NCBI RefSeq assembly: GCF_009914755.1
Contig: NC_060934.1
Length of the DNA stretch: 64,000 nucleotides
DNA from: the human T2T-CHM13v2.0 reference genome, Homo sapiens
Strand: one strand, 5' to 3'
Shown here: positions 24,806-38,890 of the stretch, piece after piece
Numbering within the stretch: position 1 is the first letter of the stretch
Layout of the letters: every line of letters begins with the position of its first letter
Program-made: the position numbers and the translations under genes
Notes under the pieces: model-generated
The model's input: only the letters and a program-made list of their open reading frames with translations
What the model was told of the DNA's origin: nothing
The model's database searches: none

Positions 24806-27429
24806 GAAAAGTCGCCTTGGGGAAGTGGATGCTGGGATGCAAAACCCTGGGGAGAATACATGTGGTTACCAGCACTCCTTTTTGGGAAGGAGAATTTGGT
24901 AGTCAAGGTAACTGATTTTCTGCAGGTGGCAGGAAGTACACTTTACCAAAGCTTTCCAAGCTGCACCAGGCCTCTTGAGATGATGTCTGAATCAGCGCTC
25001 ATCGAATGGGTGGTGAAGAAGTGAGGGTGGAGACCGGTGGGAGACCTGGAACCTGGATGGGCTGCCAAGCTGGATGATCCCTTTTTCGATTGCATGGTCC
25101 CAAAACCAGGGCTGCAGAGGCGAGTCCCTCAGAGGGGACAGCGACCCTAAAATTCTTTGACAGCCCTACTTGTCTTAGAATGATGAAATTGGCCTGTCTT
25201 TGTATTTGTTTTTCCTACAAAAAGAAATTGAACAAGTGTATCCAAGGTGCCCAATGTGAAGTTCTGCACTCCCTCTGGTAGTCAGTGAAGGCAGCCCCTC
25301 TAATTTGAGTTCTCTTTCTAAACATCCCGGTCAGATGCTTCCCTGTCTTTCTGACCACCTGTAGCAAACCCACCTGTGAGTCCCAAGGTAGGCTGCATGG
25401 TTACAGATGCCTATTTTCAGACCTGTGACAGTTCCCATAGAAGAAATCTAGAAAAACAAGAAAATAAGAAACAACCTGTGAGTCTTTGACAAAGCTCAAT
25501 GGATTCAATGTAAAGGGTTGTCCTTTACCTGAGAGTAAGATCTTTTATTTTCTTTTTTGCTGTTAACATTTTTTTAAATAATGAAGACTATTTTTCTCAT
25601 AATGTTCTTGACAAAAGAAAAAGTTGGCAAACGTGCCATTGACTTCTTTTCTTAGGTCTTTCCTAGGAACCTGGGCATTTTAAAGAAGATGCAGTTCCCA
25701 TGTTGGTGGAGATCCGGTCCCATCTGTGAGGGAACTAACAGTCACTCAGTGGAAGCGGCCATGTGGCGCATTCCTAGAAAGTTGACAGTGCCTTGACTAC
25801 CCCACCTCCAAAAAAATCCTCCCCGACGAGATTTCATGAGCCACAGTCACTTCTCCATTGCAAGCTGAAACTTGAACTATTTCTAACTTAAACAATAGGA
25901 ATAATACATTATATTCTAACGTTAACTACTGTAATCTTATATCAACAGGGGGCTCACCACCCTTTGTGATATAAACAGCACTGGCCCAAACTCATTTCCA
26001 TTCCACGGCCTGTGGAAGCCAGGAGAGCTGTGCAAATTCCAGATCTGGGGCCCCGGAGCTTCAGCACTGTTGGTCACTCCATCCCATCCCTGTTTCTCCT
26101 TCCCTGGAGCATTTCAGTTCCGATGGCCTCGCTATTCTGAACACAGCTGTCTCCCTTCTGCCTTCTTCTCCCCCCTCCCTACTCTCTCTCCTAATACCTT
26201 GGGTCTCACCTCTCTCCCCTCAAGGGACATATCAAGCCTTCTCATCAGCACACACAGTACCCTCACTCATCTGTGGCCAGCCATTAAGACAATAAAATGT
26301 CACACTGGCACACTACTGTTAGCAAGAAATGAGATGTGACACCTCACCCCTGACCGTGACACGGTGGTAGATCAAGACCTGGCTGGGGGCTCACGACTTC
26401 AGCTGGGGTTGGCCTTCTGAGGAGCTCTTGTCACCTGGGCATTGCAGGGACCTGAGGCCTGAGCCTTGAGTCCTGCAGGACTGGACTTAGCCCTCAGATG
26501 CTCACCCAAGCAGGCAGCCACATGCCTCTCGATTTTGTCTACAGCTGACCAGGGTGCGTGTGGTTGAATCTGTACCCTAAGCCTTATTAGACTTCCCCCT
26601 GTGTGTATAAATGAGTCTATTGTCCAAAGTGGCTGGGGGTGCCTTCTGGCAGATCTGGAAAAAGATCTGGATCCTTCCATATCTGAAAGTGACCTCAGCT
26701 TTTAGGCTTCAGTTTTCTGAGTACAGAGTCTTTACCTGATGCTCACAGCTGCTCACAGCCTTTCCACTCACGCAGCCTTCCATGTGGGAAATGTTCCTCA
26801 TTCCTCAGTGTCCCTGTCACAGAGAATAATGTCATGCCACAGCACACTGCCCAGGGCGCAAGTGCTTGGCGCTGAGAGAGACCCAAGGAGTCCAAGCGCT
26901 CAGCTGCTGCCAGCTTGCAGGAGACGTGCAATTGCTCAGGCTTATCACGGCGCATTTGAAAGCCTGCCTTCTTGCCATTTCCACCTTTTCACTTGGGTAG
27001 GATTGTATTTTCCTCGAATCTCCATTTTCCACTGTGCTCATGGCACAGACAGAAGCACATCAGACCTGTAACTTGAATCACAAACACCTTGACATTTCGT
27101 TCCAGAATTAGAATGTCCCCAAGGCTTATGCCAGAGAGCAAGACAAACCTTTTGGATGTGTTTTAAGAGGTGGCCTCTGCTACACCCCAGGGCCTACTTC
27201 ATCTGGGAATTGAGATGAATTCGGAAAGTGCCTATCATATCCCAAACTGGGCCCCAGGTCCTGGGGATAAAAAGATGAATAAAGGCAGGAGAGAGAGACT
27301 GTAAATAAATACCTAGCATGCAATTTGTAAACATACGTGAAAATACTCTAAAAAGAGAAAGAGAAGCAAACCCACTGTGCTTATGTGGTTCAGAGTCAGG
27401 GTAAATGGTCCCTGAAGGTAAGAATTGGG

Positions 27430-27750
27430 CCAGGGTAAGCCAGGCTTTGCTGCAGAAACAAGCCTGCACAATTTCAGTGGCTTGAAATGTCATGGTTATT
27501 CCTCCATCTGAGGACATGTCTGTGCGGTGTGGGTGAGCTCTGATCCACACAGGGGTCTGGGCTGATGGAATCCTTAAACTGGTGTTGGATCAGGGAAAAG
27601 GAAGAAGCAGAACAGACATTGGCTCTTAAATGTTGCAGCCTGGAAGAGACATACATCCCTTCTACCTGCATGTCATTGGCCAAAGTAAGTCATGTGGCCA
27701 AGGGTACTTGAGAATTTGGGAAAGTGCAAGCTCATCATCTTCCAAGAAGG
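27430..27750 (-). mobile_element. Old MLT1 LTR fragment
   Basis: gctgcagaaacaagc...tttcagtggcttgaa...atcccttctacctgcatgtcattggccaaagtaagtcatgtggcca. Confidence 0.6.
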
Positions 27751-28269
27751 AAGAGGAGAAGCCTGCTGACATCCACAGGGGGAAAGACATTCAACCAGCA
27801 AGGGCAACACAGGGAGGCAAGTTAAGTCAGTGGGGCCGGGGACCCATGCCCAGGTTGGTGAGAAGCTAAGGTGTGTGGATGTGTTTCCTGCTAAGCTGAT
27901 GCCTGTCACTACAGCACCATTATTTGAATGCCTGCCTATGGGGCACTGGGTACCGAGAGCAGGTGCACAAGACAATAGACCTCATGCAGGGGGAGAAAAA
28001 GTAGGGCCCCACAGCCCAATGCACTTTCATCTGGGGGCTCCTTGAGGGTCAGAGATGGCCCTTATATGTCTTTTTGTCTCAGGCCCTGTTGGGTCTGTAT
28101 AGTTCTCAGGACTTGACCCACAGCTGACGGAACCTGAGGGAGCCCTGTGGGTGCTGAGGGCATGCTTCAGGGACAGGAAGGCTGGCCCTAAAGACTTGTC
28201 CCCACCTCATGATGCATTCAACTAAGTAAGGTGAGCTTCTTCATCTCAGCCTTTCACGAAAGAGACTGC

Positions 28270-28610
28270 ATGGGTTCCAGGAAGCTAGTCTGGAGTAACA
28301 AAGCACCAACATTTCGGTAGCTGAGGACAGCAGAAGTTGAGTTGTTGCCCATGCAGCAGTCCTGAGAGTGCCCTGGCTCCTCATGCGTGGTCTCTGGGTG
28401 GGGTCTTTACCTGGGCTGCTCCAGGGCTGCACATGGATGCTACGGTTACTTGGAAGGAGCCAAGGGCTGAAGAGCAGGCGTTCCTATGTCCAGCTCAGGC
28501 ATTGCTCATGTCTGTGCATGTTCCATGGCAGAGGACATATTCCCATGGCTGCAGCAAAGTATAAGAGAAGCCGGAAAATATAATCTAGCTGTGCCCATGT
28601 AGTCTAGCAG
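28270..28610 (-). mobile_element. Probable old MLT1 LTR fragment
   Basis: gagtaacaaagcacc... and catgttccatggcagaggacat...catggctgcagc...gaagccggaaaatataatctagctgtgccc. Confidence 0.42.
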
Positions 28611-29939
28611 AGCCTCCAACCCATGGAAGTGAGGAACACTTGATAAAATGGGCTTAGTCAAAGTCACAGACTATTCTGAAATTCGTTTTTTCCTTCCCTG
28701 ATTGCCTAGGAGAATGGCAAACTGGACCGTTTATTTCCAAGGAATGGGTCATAAAATTGTGGGAGAATGTCGCCTGGATTAGGATGAGCACAGCTCTCCT
28801 TTGAAACCAGGCCATGCTCATGACTATCCTGTTCTGCAGGAAGAGCCTATCACTTCCCAAGAACACACTCATCCATTGAGGCTTAAAGCCATTCCCCACC
28901 ATCTGGAGAGACTCATCAGGATCTGAGTAAGGCAAGGGCAGTGTCTCCTTGCTCTTGTGGTCATTCCTGCTAATTCCAGCATATAAGGCTGATGCGATGC
29001 TTCTAGAGTCTTTGGGCACCCAAGACCGCATTGCCAATGACAGGGACTCCAGCCAAAGGCTGTCTGGCCTCTTGAAGGAGCCCCTTGAACCTAAATCCAT
29101 TCCATCAAGTCAAATCCTTTTCCATCATAGCTGAGAATCAGCATTTGCTTTCTAACCAGTGATTCAGAGAACAGGTGTCTTTACAGAGCAATAGGAATCA
29201 CTGTGTTTGTTGAATCTACTTGAGTTTATTTAAAATTATTTGTTGTACGTGTGGGAAAGCTTGCCCGAGCTTGGGGTTTGCTGCTTGTGGCTTGCTGTTG
29301 GAGTTCTGCCATATAGCCACCTGTGTTTCATAGCCGGCTATCTGATTACAGTGGAGATGCAGTATCTGACTCTATATATGTTCTCGCTTGTCTTACATCT
29401 TCTGAATTTCATTGAATATAATCACGTTAAGGTAAAATGTGTTTAAACTGCTAATGGACTGGGCCATTGACTTTAACGACATTCTCAATACTACATTTAA
29501 TTATCGTACAAGCTTTTCTTGATGATCATATTTCCCAGGATCAGTTGGAGTTATGTTAAGTACACTTAGGCAGATAATAATGAATGAAACAACTCTTTTA
29601 TAATCTAGGAGAAGTAGAAGCTCTTATTATGTGGAGGATGAGGCAGACACTATGCAAGCACCCATGGGGCACGTGACCATGCTGAGGACTGTCCTGCACC
29701 AGTGCAGAGAGTTTTGGCACATCTTAGAGAAGATGCTGATGTTCTGGAGGCAGATGGCACTGAGCCAGGCAGCCCCATGGCTGGGTGGTGGTTGGAGAGA
29801 GTACTGGAGACAGGAAGCGCTCTCAGTGGCAACCAGGGTTCCTCTGGGAAGTGGCTGCTGCTGTTTCTGGAATGACACTGTGGGTCCCAAGCCATCTTCT
29901 AGACAGTGGCAGATTCCTGGGCCAGCCCTGCAGAGTCTT

Positions 29940-30420
29940 TTTGTAGCAGTTAGAACTTGGCAGGAAACAGGGGACCCATTCAATCTGGGGTATTTGAGCA
30001 GAGTTTAGTAAGGGGACTATTTACCAATTGTGGTCAAGATATGAGGAGGAGATCTTAAGGGAGAGTGTGATCTCCCTGAGCTGCTAACACCAGGGGCATG
30101 ACTAGGCCTTGGAGGGCAGGGAAGAGTGGTCACTAGCCCCAGAGAGCATTGCCTGGCAGCAGCTATGGCAGCTGGTGGAGAGAGGCAGTTACAACTGCCA
30201 TCTGATAGGGAGGTTGCTGGAGGGGCAATCACACCTGGCGCCACTTCATCCTTGGAATCTCCTGCCAGTGCCCCTCATTGACTAAACCCCAAGCTGAAGG
30301 GTAAAGCTAAAGGGTAAAGAAGCCATATGATGCACCCAGACCTGTCCACCTCCTGGGCATGGAGCAGGAGGAGGGTGAGGGTGAGGACAAAGAGCAGACA
30401 AAGCACAATCCCTGTCTGCA
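29940..30420. mobile_element. Ancient ERVL-class LTR (subfamily uncertain)
   Basis: gcaggaaacagg...gagtttagtaaggggactatttacc...ctcctgccagtgcccctcattgactaaacccc...agggtaaagaagcca. Confidence 0.5.
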
Positions 30421-30544
30421 AACCTCTCCAGGCCAGAGGCTTGCTCATGGCCAGGCCCACCATAGAAGCTTAACCAGTAAGAGAATACTGAATCGTTCTC
30501 AGAGAAGGAAGAGGTGGAATAAGAGAAGGATCTGGTTTTGGAAA

Positions 30545-30685
30545 GTTTGCATTCTAGTCCTGATATGGTCCCTGACTGGCATGGACCTGGGCAACTCATG
30601 GGACCCCAATTTTCTCATGTTCAAACTGAGGATAACGATGGTCATCCCTGAAGGTTTCTGTGGGGCCCATATAGAAATAGAAATG
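30545..30685 (+). mobile_element. MIR SINE
   Basis: ttctagtcctg...gacctgggcaactca...ccaattttctcatgttcaaactgaggataa. Confidence 0.5.
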
Positions 30686-31041
30686 GAGCAAATATAGAGT
30701 ACACTCAAAGAAGGGGAACCAGCAAAGGCAAAGCTGTGGAGGTGTGGAGGTGTGAATGTGTGGTCATGTCCAGTGAAAGAAGCAGAGACAGAAGAAGAGA
30801 GCTGGCATTCTCCTGATCACAGGGCCCCTGGGGCCATGCCAGGGAGTTCAGAATTTTCTTAGACTACTGAGGAGCAGAGAGCTCAGGCAGCAAGGGCTGG
30901 GGGCTTGGCCTTTGTCAGCAACAAGAACAGAACAAGGGGCTTGAAGAGGAATGGAACTTAGGGAAAGGCCAGCCCAATGACTGATTGTTTCAGCTGCCAG
31001 TGTAGAGAAGGTAGGAGGTTTGTCCAACAGTGTATGAATCC

Positions 31042-31592
31042 TATGTTAGTTATTAGTGTAACAGTATTATCACAAACTTAGCAGCCTAAAGTGACATATT
31101 AATATCTCAGTTTCTATCAGTCGAAAGCCTGAGCATGGCTTAGCTGTGTCCTCTGCAAGGCGTTAATTATAGTATTGGTATCAGGGCTGTATTCTCATCT
31201 GAAGGCACAACTGGGGAAGATCTGCTTCCAGAACCATGTGTTTGTTGGTGATGTTCATTTCCTTGCAGATCAAAGATGGGGAGGCCAAGTTTTTGGCTGG
31301 CTATTGGCTGGACATCAGCCTCCACTCCTGCGATGTGGCCTCTGCATAGGGCAGCTCACAACATGGTGACTGACTTGCTTCTTCAAAGCCTGCAAAGAGA
31401 AGGTCTGCTAGTGAGGCAGATGTCACAATCTTATGTAAGGTAGTCACATGCAACTTGTCATTCTGCCATTTTCTGTTGGTTAGAATCAAGTCACTGGTCC
31501 CACCTACACTTCCGGGTGGGAGTGGGGCACTAAACAAGGGTGCAGACTCCATGATGGAGGGTCACGGGGCCACCTTAGTATCTGTCCAGGAC
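31042..31592 (-). mobile_element. MLT1E/F-like MaLR LTR
   Basis: cacaaacttagcagcctaaa...gcatggcttagctgtgtcctctgc...ctggggaagatctgcttcca...gttagaatcaagtcactggtcccacctacac. Confidence 0.8.
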
Positions 31593-31640
31593 AGGTGCCA
31601 AGACACACACATCAAGTTATGCCACTTAAAAACACAATAA

Positions 31641-31984
<344 letters not shown>

Positions 31985-33549
31985 TCTGTTTTTTTTCTTA
32001 AAGGCAAATAAAACTTGGGTTGCATAAGAGGACTGTTCATTTGAAGTATATTATTTCTTTAAGTTTTGGCATCAGAATTCAATTATGTTTCTATAGGAAA
32101 AAGAGCCATGGATAAGTCCCAAAGGTATGTTTGAGAAACCCCTGGGAATTCCACTGGCTTCAGTAAGAGAAACAATCACTTCAGAAACTATAGTTTTATT
32201 CCATAGAAATGGCTTTTGATGGGGAATTACCACAGTAAAAGAGAGGTTTTTATATTGCAAAATTAACTTTTTAGATGTTCAGCCAAATGACAACAGAATA
32301 AAAAATTAAATGCTCAAGTAACTGACAAAACTCCTAGGATATATCTGTGAATTGGCCTTACACATTATGAAAAAATATTATTTGAAACCAGAAATCTCTT
32401 TGTATGCAATTCTAATAATGTCAGATTTATAGAGATAATATAATTTACATTTTAATATATGTAAAAGGAATCATGAACAAGTTGGTTTTTAGGATTTTCA
32501 GTTTATAACATCTTCCAGATTGAATGTAACATATAAGAAATGGGACTACAATGTTACCCCAAGAAGACCATGGGAAAGAATTTGGGCAGTAACAAGATAT
32601 CTTGCTAGTTGTTTTAAAACTGAATTCAATGCATGTGTCTCTATGCTTTTATGTAACTGGATACTATTGTGATTAATTAACCCTCAAATTTTTTCAACTT
32701 TATCTGAACTTTTTAATAAAACATATTCATTATTTTCTCAGCTATTTTTTTCCATGCATCTGCCCATTGCATGAGTTAAACACATTAATTATGATAAACA
32801 AAAGATAAAAGAAACAGCAGGTATTTCCTTCTATGTTCCACAAATAATTTAATTTTTTAAATTTTACCAGTTTGTTTGATTCTCCCTGGGCCAGGCTTTC
32901 TGCAGGAAACGTTCCTGGGTGTAGCGTCCAGACCTTCTGCAGAGAATGTGTGGTGATTTGTCCCAGGAAGTTGGGGAGATGGTGCTGGGCATTCTAGTCC
33001 TTTCACTCTGTGATCAGCTGAGTGACAAATGTCCGATCAACTTCAAAGTCTGGGGAAAAGGACGCATTTGCTAAGAGAGTTTGCTTGTTTGGAAGAGAGA
33101 TTGACCAGCCACGGGCAGAAGGAGAAGGTGGAGGAGTCAGGGCTGGCCTCTGGTCCCGGGTCTTTCAGTGGGATTCCCTGGGAGCCTCCCTGTACCCACA
33201 CCACCTCCCATCAGGAGCACACAGAGGAGAGCGCTGATGTTCCTTCTTTTTAGTGCTGACAATCCCCTATTTCATGGTTTCCGGATGTCTGATCCCTTTC
33301 CTGCTACAAACTTTGCAGTTAGTCTTGAAAGAAACAACCTAAACCTAAACAAACGCATTTTAATTATTTGTTTGGGTTTAGATTCTCTCAGAGAGCCCCA
33401 TCCGAAGGGGCTGTTGGAGGAAAAAGTCTCATTTGAAGATATGTTGAGAAACCTGCTCTGGAGAAGTTGACGGGACTATAGCTTATATGGGAGTATTTTT
33501 GAGAACTGGGGCAGCTCTCCCAGCTGACTGTATTAGAGGTCCCAGGTCA

Positions 33550-33680
33550 ACAGGACCCCCTCGCACAGCGGTGTGATGTGTAAGCTGCACAACATCAGGG
33601 CGGGAGTTGATGTGGCCCACAGTGTGAACGGCGCCCTCCAAGATGAGCAGTGTGATGCTCCGCAGAGTCGTAGACAGGAA
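33550..33680. mobile_element. Possible diverged MER91-like hAT MITE
   Basis: gctgcacaacatcagggcggg...agtgtgaacggcgccctccaagatgagcagtg resembles the recalled palindromic MER91 core. Confidence 0.35.
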
Positions 33681-33874
33681 AAGTGGAGGCTGAAGTGGGA
33701 CCGGACAGCACTGGCACGGCTTGACTTTGGCAATGGACAACAGGGAAAATGGAGGCGCAGGTGAGAAAGGAAGGCAGGTGAAGCGCCCGACTCACTCCAA
33801 GCCGGGGGTCTGAATCAGATCTGCCTGGAAGTGACTGGGGTGAGCTTGACTTCCATCTCCCTAGAAGTGGACCC

Positions 33875-34230
33875 TACGGTAAACCACCCACGTGCCCAGC
33901 TTCCCCTTCATACCACCCAGGTGCCCAGGTTCCCCTTCATACCACCCAGGTGCCCAGGTTCCCCTTCATAATGAAGGCTCCCATTTCTCCAGCTTCTAGA
34001 AGTGTTGGCTTGACGCTTCACTGAATCTCCAGGAACTGCCCTTGGCAGCAGAAAGCTGCCTTGCCCGAGGTTAAGCCCCTCTTCAGGGGCAGCCCATGTC
34101 CACAGGCTGGCCACTGAGGGGCCCCTGGCTTCGGTCTAGGACAGCTCAAGTGACCCGTGGCCTCCTCTGTGGCCCCTGTTGCAGCCGCATCACAGTTCAC
34201 CTCCTCCCTCTGTCTGGTGCCCAGGTCACC
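33875..34230 (+). mobile_element. LTR16-like ERVL LTR
   Basis: aggaactgcccttggcagcagaaagctgccttgcccgaggttaagcccctcttcaggggcagcccatgtcca...gcagccgcatcacagttcacctcctccctctg. Confidence 0.65.
33883..33970. repeat. Three tandem copies of a 29-bp unit (accacccaggtgcccaggttccccttcat)
   Basis: Units at 33883, 33912 and 33941. Confidence 0.95.
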
Positions 34231-34599
34231 CCCCTGCCTGCAGTGCCCAATGTCTTAAGTCCGTTTCTTCAGAAACAGAGCCTGAAACACCGGCCTCCAC
34301 CAGCCTCACCCAAACACCAACTTTTTCTCCATCTTTAAACATTTGCAAGCCAATTACCCCCTCTGCAGTTTCTCCTCGGCCTCTCTCCCCAGGCTTCTCC
34401 ATGAACATGGCCTCCAGACTTGGGATTTGTGGCTTCTTATGGTTCTCTGCGATTCCTGGAGCTTAGGAGGAGGAAAAAAGAAGGAAACAGGCGTTTTCTT
34501 GGTAATAGCTGGCATCTTTGCCCAGAGTTAAGCCATGAATGCCGCAAATCCTAGAATTCCAGAAAGAAAGGGAAAATTTTGCAGTTCACATTCACTGCT

Positions 34600-35650
34600 A
34601 TATTTAAGTTTAATTTTACCACATTATTTTGTGCGTATGTATCCTCTCCCTCTCCATCTTTTTCTTTCCTTTCTTTGTCCTGGATTGGATTGGATTGGAG
34701 GGATTTTGTTCGTTTGTTTGTTTTAATTATTTCATTGTTTTTCTTCTTTCAAGTTTGAGAGCCTCTCAGATTCCATTTTTTAGGGGTTACCCTGGAAATT
34801 ACAATATGCAAACAATTTATTAAAGTTTAAAGTTAATCACAGTCTTTTTCCTACACCAAAGTAATACAAAAGACTTGGGGTATTTTAACCAATCACTATC
34901 ACCTCTTCGATAGTTTAGTTCTCTTGTTCTTTATCTGCCCTACTGGACATAATTATTACTGTGATTCCTATTTTCCCAGAAATTCATTCCTACACTGAAG
35001 GATTTCCAAAAGGGGAAGATCTTTCCTGTAGTTTCTTTTAAAATATTTTTATTATCTTCACTTTTCAGCAGCCTCACTTGGTTTTCCTAGGTCTTTCTTC
35101 TCATTTTTCCTGCTTGGGATTATCTTGACTTCTTGAGTTCGTGTATTAGTGCCTGCCACTGGTTTTGATTTTGGACAATTATTAGTCCTGATCTCTTCAC
35201 ATTTTTCCAATTCTGCATTTCCCCTCTCTTTCCAGGACTCCTATCAATCATGCGCGGTGGGCACGCTTGCTATCTTCCCATACTCCAGACCATCTCTTCT
35301 GATTTGTCCACCCTTGTCTGAGCTGAATTTATCTTTTCTCTCTTTTTTTTGATCAGTGTTGTTCAATAATTTGTTCAATTGTTGAATTCAATAGTTTGTT
35401 CAATAATTTTCTCTCTACTTAGTCCATCCTGCAGTCACATATGTATATTGATTTTATTAAACTTTCAGTTAATGTATTTTTCACTTCTAGACACTATGTG
35501 GTCCTTTTTCAGATCTGCTAATGTCACTTCTTATTGTTTTCCCTTTCCCATTTTTAAAATTTGTCCTTTATTTCTTTAACCATAACAGGCACAGTGAAGT
35601 TATCTTGCCTATCTGGTGATTCCAACACTAACTAGTTTGATTTTTTTTTA
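34600..35650 (-). mobile_element. Very old L1M/HAL1-like fragments
   Basis: T-rich antisense LINE-like text (ttttaggggttaccctggaaattacaatatgca; tttttcacttctagacactatgtggtcctttttcagatctgct). Confidence 0.45.
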
Positions 35651-36270
35651 GTGACTCTATGTGGTCCTGTGAACGTTAACCCTAAGAAAACTATACTACT
35701 GGGCCCTCCTTGGAGAGGCTCTGCAGTTGTTTCTCCTGGTACCAGCATCTGTGGGTCCAACTCAATCCATGTTCTTACCTGGAGCCTCCCTGGCCACCCA
35801 AGCTGTATAGACCTGGGACACAGCTATGCACCATCACTGCCTTGGGGCCACAGTCTCTGAGTGACAGGACACTTTTTCTGTCTGTCTTCTTCTCCTCTGC
35901 TCAGTCCCAAGGGAATCTCCTCTATTCATCCCCAGGAATGAAGAAATGAAAGGGTTCATTGATTTTCATCACATCATCCTCAAGAGCTGCCCAAGCCCAA
36001 GAGAGTGGACTCCAGAAATGTCCTCAGGGTCATTTAAGATTCTAATTCCAGAATATGACCTGGGAGCTCCCTACTACTATTTCAGTTCTTCTCTGCTTTT
36101 TAGGGGATGTCTGTTTGGCAATCATTTTTCATTGTTTTCAATGGCAGTACTCAGGAATCTGAGTTATAGATCCCAGTAACTTAGCCATCATTATTGGAAA
36201 CATTCTTTCCTGTTGATCTTCCCTACTGACTGATATCACACTTTAATTCTGAGAGTGACTACTTTAATAT

Positions 36271-37612
36271 AACTTTTATTGATATGTAATAGGTGTACAT
36301 AGTTTTGGGGGTGCAGATGATAATTAGTTCATGCATATTATTTGTAAAAATCAAATCAGTGCAATTGGGATATCTGTCACCTTAAATAGTTGTCTTTTCT
36401 TCATGCTTGAAACATTCTCATTCTTCTCTTCTGGCTATTTTGAGGCATGCAATAGATTATTGTAAACGGTAGTCACCCTACTGATCTATCAAACACTAGG
36501 TCTTATTTCTTCTATCAAACTGTATATTTCTACCCATTAATCACCCTCTATTCATCCTTCCCTTCTTCTACCCCTTTCCTGACCTCTGATAACCACCAAT
36601 CTACTCTCTATCTTCATGAGATCCACTATTTTTTGTAGCTCCCACATATCAGCGAGAACATGTGATATTTATCTTTCTGCACTTGGCTTATTACACTTAA
36701 CATAAGGACCTTCCATTTTATCCATGTTGCTGCAAATGACAGGATTTTCTTTTTCATGGCTGAATAATATTCCATTGTGTATAAGTGTAAGTTGAACAAA
36801 ACTACCTGAACATCTTCTTTACCCATTCACCCATTGATAGGCATTTAGGTTGATTCCATATTTTGGCTATTGTAAATAATGCTGCAATAAATATGAGAGT
36901 GCAGATGTCTCTTCAATACATGGATTTCTTTTCTTTTGGGTATATACCCAGTAGTGGAATTTCTGGATCATATAGTAGTTCTATTTTTAGTTTTTTGACA
37001 GACCTCCATACAGTTTTCCATAGAAGTTGTATTAGTTGACATTCTTATCAACAGTGTTTGATATTTCCCCTTTCTCCACACCCTAACCAGCATCTGCTAT
37101 TCCCTTTTTGATAACAGTCATTTTAACAGGGGTGAGATTATAGCTCATTGTAGTTTTGATATGCATTTCACTATGGTTAGCGATGTTAAGCAATTTTCCA
37201 TGTAACTATTGGCCGTTCATATGTCTTCTTTTGAGAAATGTCTTTTCAGATCTTTTACCCATTTTCCAATTGAATTATTTGTTTTTATTTTTTGCTATGG
37301 AATCATTTGAACTCTTTATATATTTTGAATATTAATCCCTTGTCAGATGAATGGTTTCCGAATATTTCCTCCCATTCTGTGGGTTGTCTCTTCAATTTGT
37401 TGATTGTTTCCTTTTCTGTGCAGAAGACTTTTAGTTTGATGTGACCACGTGAGTGTGGTTTTGCTTTGGTTGCCTGTGCTTTTGCCGTCTCACACAAAAA
37501 AATCTTTGCCCAGACCAGTGTCCTGGAGCCTTTCCCCAATATTTTCTTCTAGTAGTTTAATAGTTTCAAGTCTTAGATTTAAGTCTTTAATCCATTTTGA
37601 CTTGATTTTTGT
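36271..37612 (-). mobile_element. L1MA-type 3' end including ORF2 C-terminal remnant
   Basis: Antisense L1 3' UTR and ORF2; translations KLKVFCTEKETINKLKRQPTEWEEIF and YTMEYYSAMKKK. Confidence 0.93.
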
Positions 37613-37739
37613 TGGTTAGAAAACACATTTAAAGCATATTCTCTATCAATATTAAGCATAAAACATTGTCCTTTGATTTTTACTGTTATAGTATTTAATA
37701 CAAATATATTAATTTAATTTTTTTCAGTTTTCCTGGGGT

Positions 37740-38450
37740 TTTAAACTCCCCTAATAAATGGACATTTAATGTTGCAGAGGAGAAATCTGAAGCCAATCTA
37801 ACTTACTTTGTGTAAGCAGCACCTTTTCATCTTTGCTTTTGTTTTTGTTTCTTGCATGGATACTTGTCATGTTTTAAAAAATTAATCCTTAAAACTCCAA
37901 GCCTTTTTTCAATGTATGCGTATGAGGACTTTGCTTTTCAAATCCAATTTTTGCCGGTGGTAAACTATTTCAGACTTTAGATTGAAGCTTTTTGTTTTTT
38001 TTTGTGTCTTAAAAAAGGTGTATTCTGCAGGGGTTGCTTCCGTTTATTCTGGTCTCTTTTTCATGAAGAGCAATCATCTACATAGCTGATCTCCATCCTC
38101 TGCTGCTCCTATCTATCATGTTCTCTCTTACAATTTTTTTTGTTTTTTCTTCTGTATCCTCACTCCTTAGAAGGTCATCAACTCCTTTATTCACCGATCT
38201 GAGGTTTTCTTGAGGGGCCAATCCTTTGTTTAGAGCCTCTGGTTCTGTTTTATTCAACATTTTTGACATCATTCCTTTCCTTTAATTTGCTCTTTATTGA
38301 TGCCCTTCACTGCCTTTCATCCTGTTATTCTTTCATCCTTTTCTCATCCTTTGTCTCTCAATTCTAAGAGCTCTTCTCCTATTTTTTAAAGATCTTTCTG
38401 AGAGTTCCAATAGGTGCTGTAGAACTGTAATGAATCTTATTTTTGTAAGT
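37740..38450 (-). mobile_element. Very old L1M fragments
   Basis: atttaatgttgcagaggagaaatctgaagccaatcta resembles the antisense L1 ORF1 region; T-rich. Confidence 0.42.
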
Positions 38451-38461
38451 TTTTGTACACA

Positions 38462-38890
38462 TTTTTCTTTCTTTTTTTTAAACTTTTATTTTAAATTCAG
38501 GGGTACATGTGCAGGTTTGTTACATAGGTGAACTTGTGTCATGGGGATTTGCTGTACAGATTATTTCATCACCCAGGTATTAAGCCATAGTTATTTTCAC
38601 CATTAGTTATTTTCCCTGATCTTCTCCCTCCTGTTACTCTCCACCCTTCAATAGGCCCCAGTGTGTGTTGTTTCCCTTTATGCGTCCTCATGTTCTCATC
38701 ATTTAGCCCACACTTATAAGTGAGAACATGCAGTATTCGATTTTCTGTTCCTGTGTTAGTTTGTTAAGGATAACGGCCTCCAGCCCCTTCCATGCTCCTG
38801 AAAAGGACATGATCTCATTTTTCTTTATGGCTGCATAGTATTCCATGGTGTTGTATGTATACCACATTTTCTTTTTCCAGTCTACCATTC
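38462..38890 (-). mobile_element. Older L1PA (L1PA13-16-like) 3' end, 5'-truncated
   Basis: ttcaggggtacatgtgcaggtttgttacataggt...ttatttcatcacccaggtattaagcc; translation WKKKMWYTYNTMEYYAAIKKNEIMSF. Confidence 0.92.

Noticed and set aside
28654-29100. 148-aa minus-strand ORF
   Set aside because: No recognisable domain or convincing splice boundaries
33573-33764. CpG-containing coding-looking ORF (MCKLHNIRAG...)
   Set aside because: No protein similarity recognised; partly explained by a diverged MER91-like MITE
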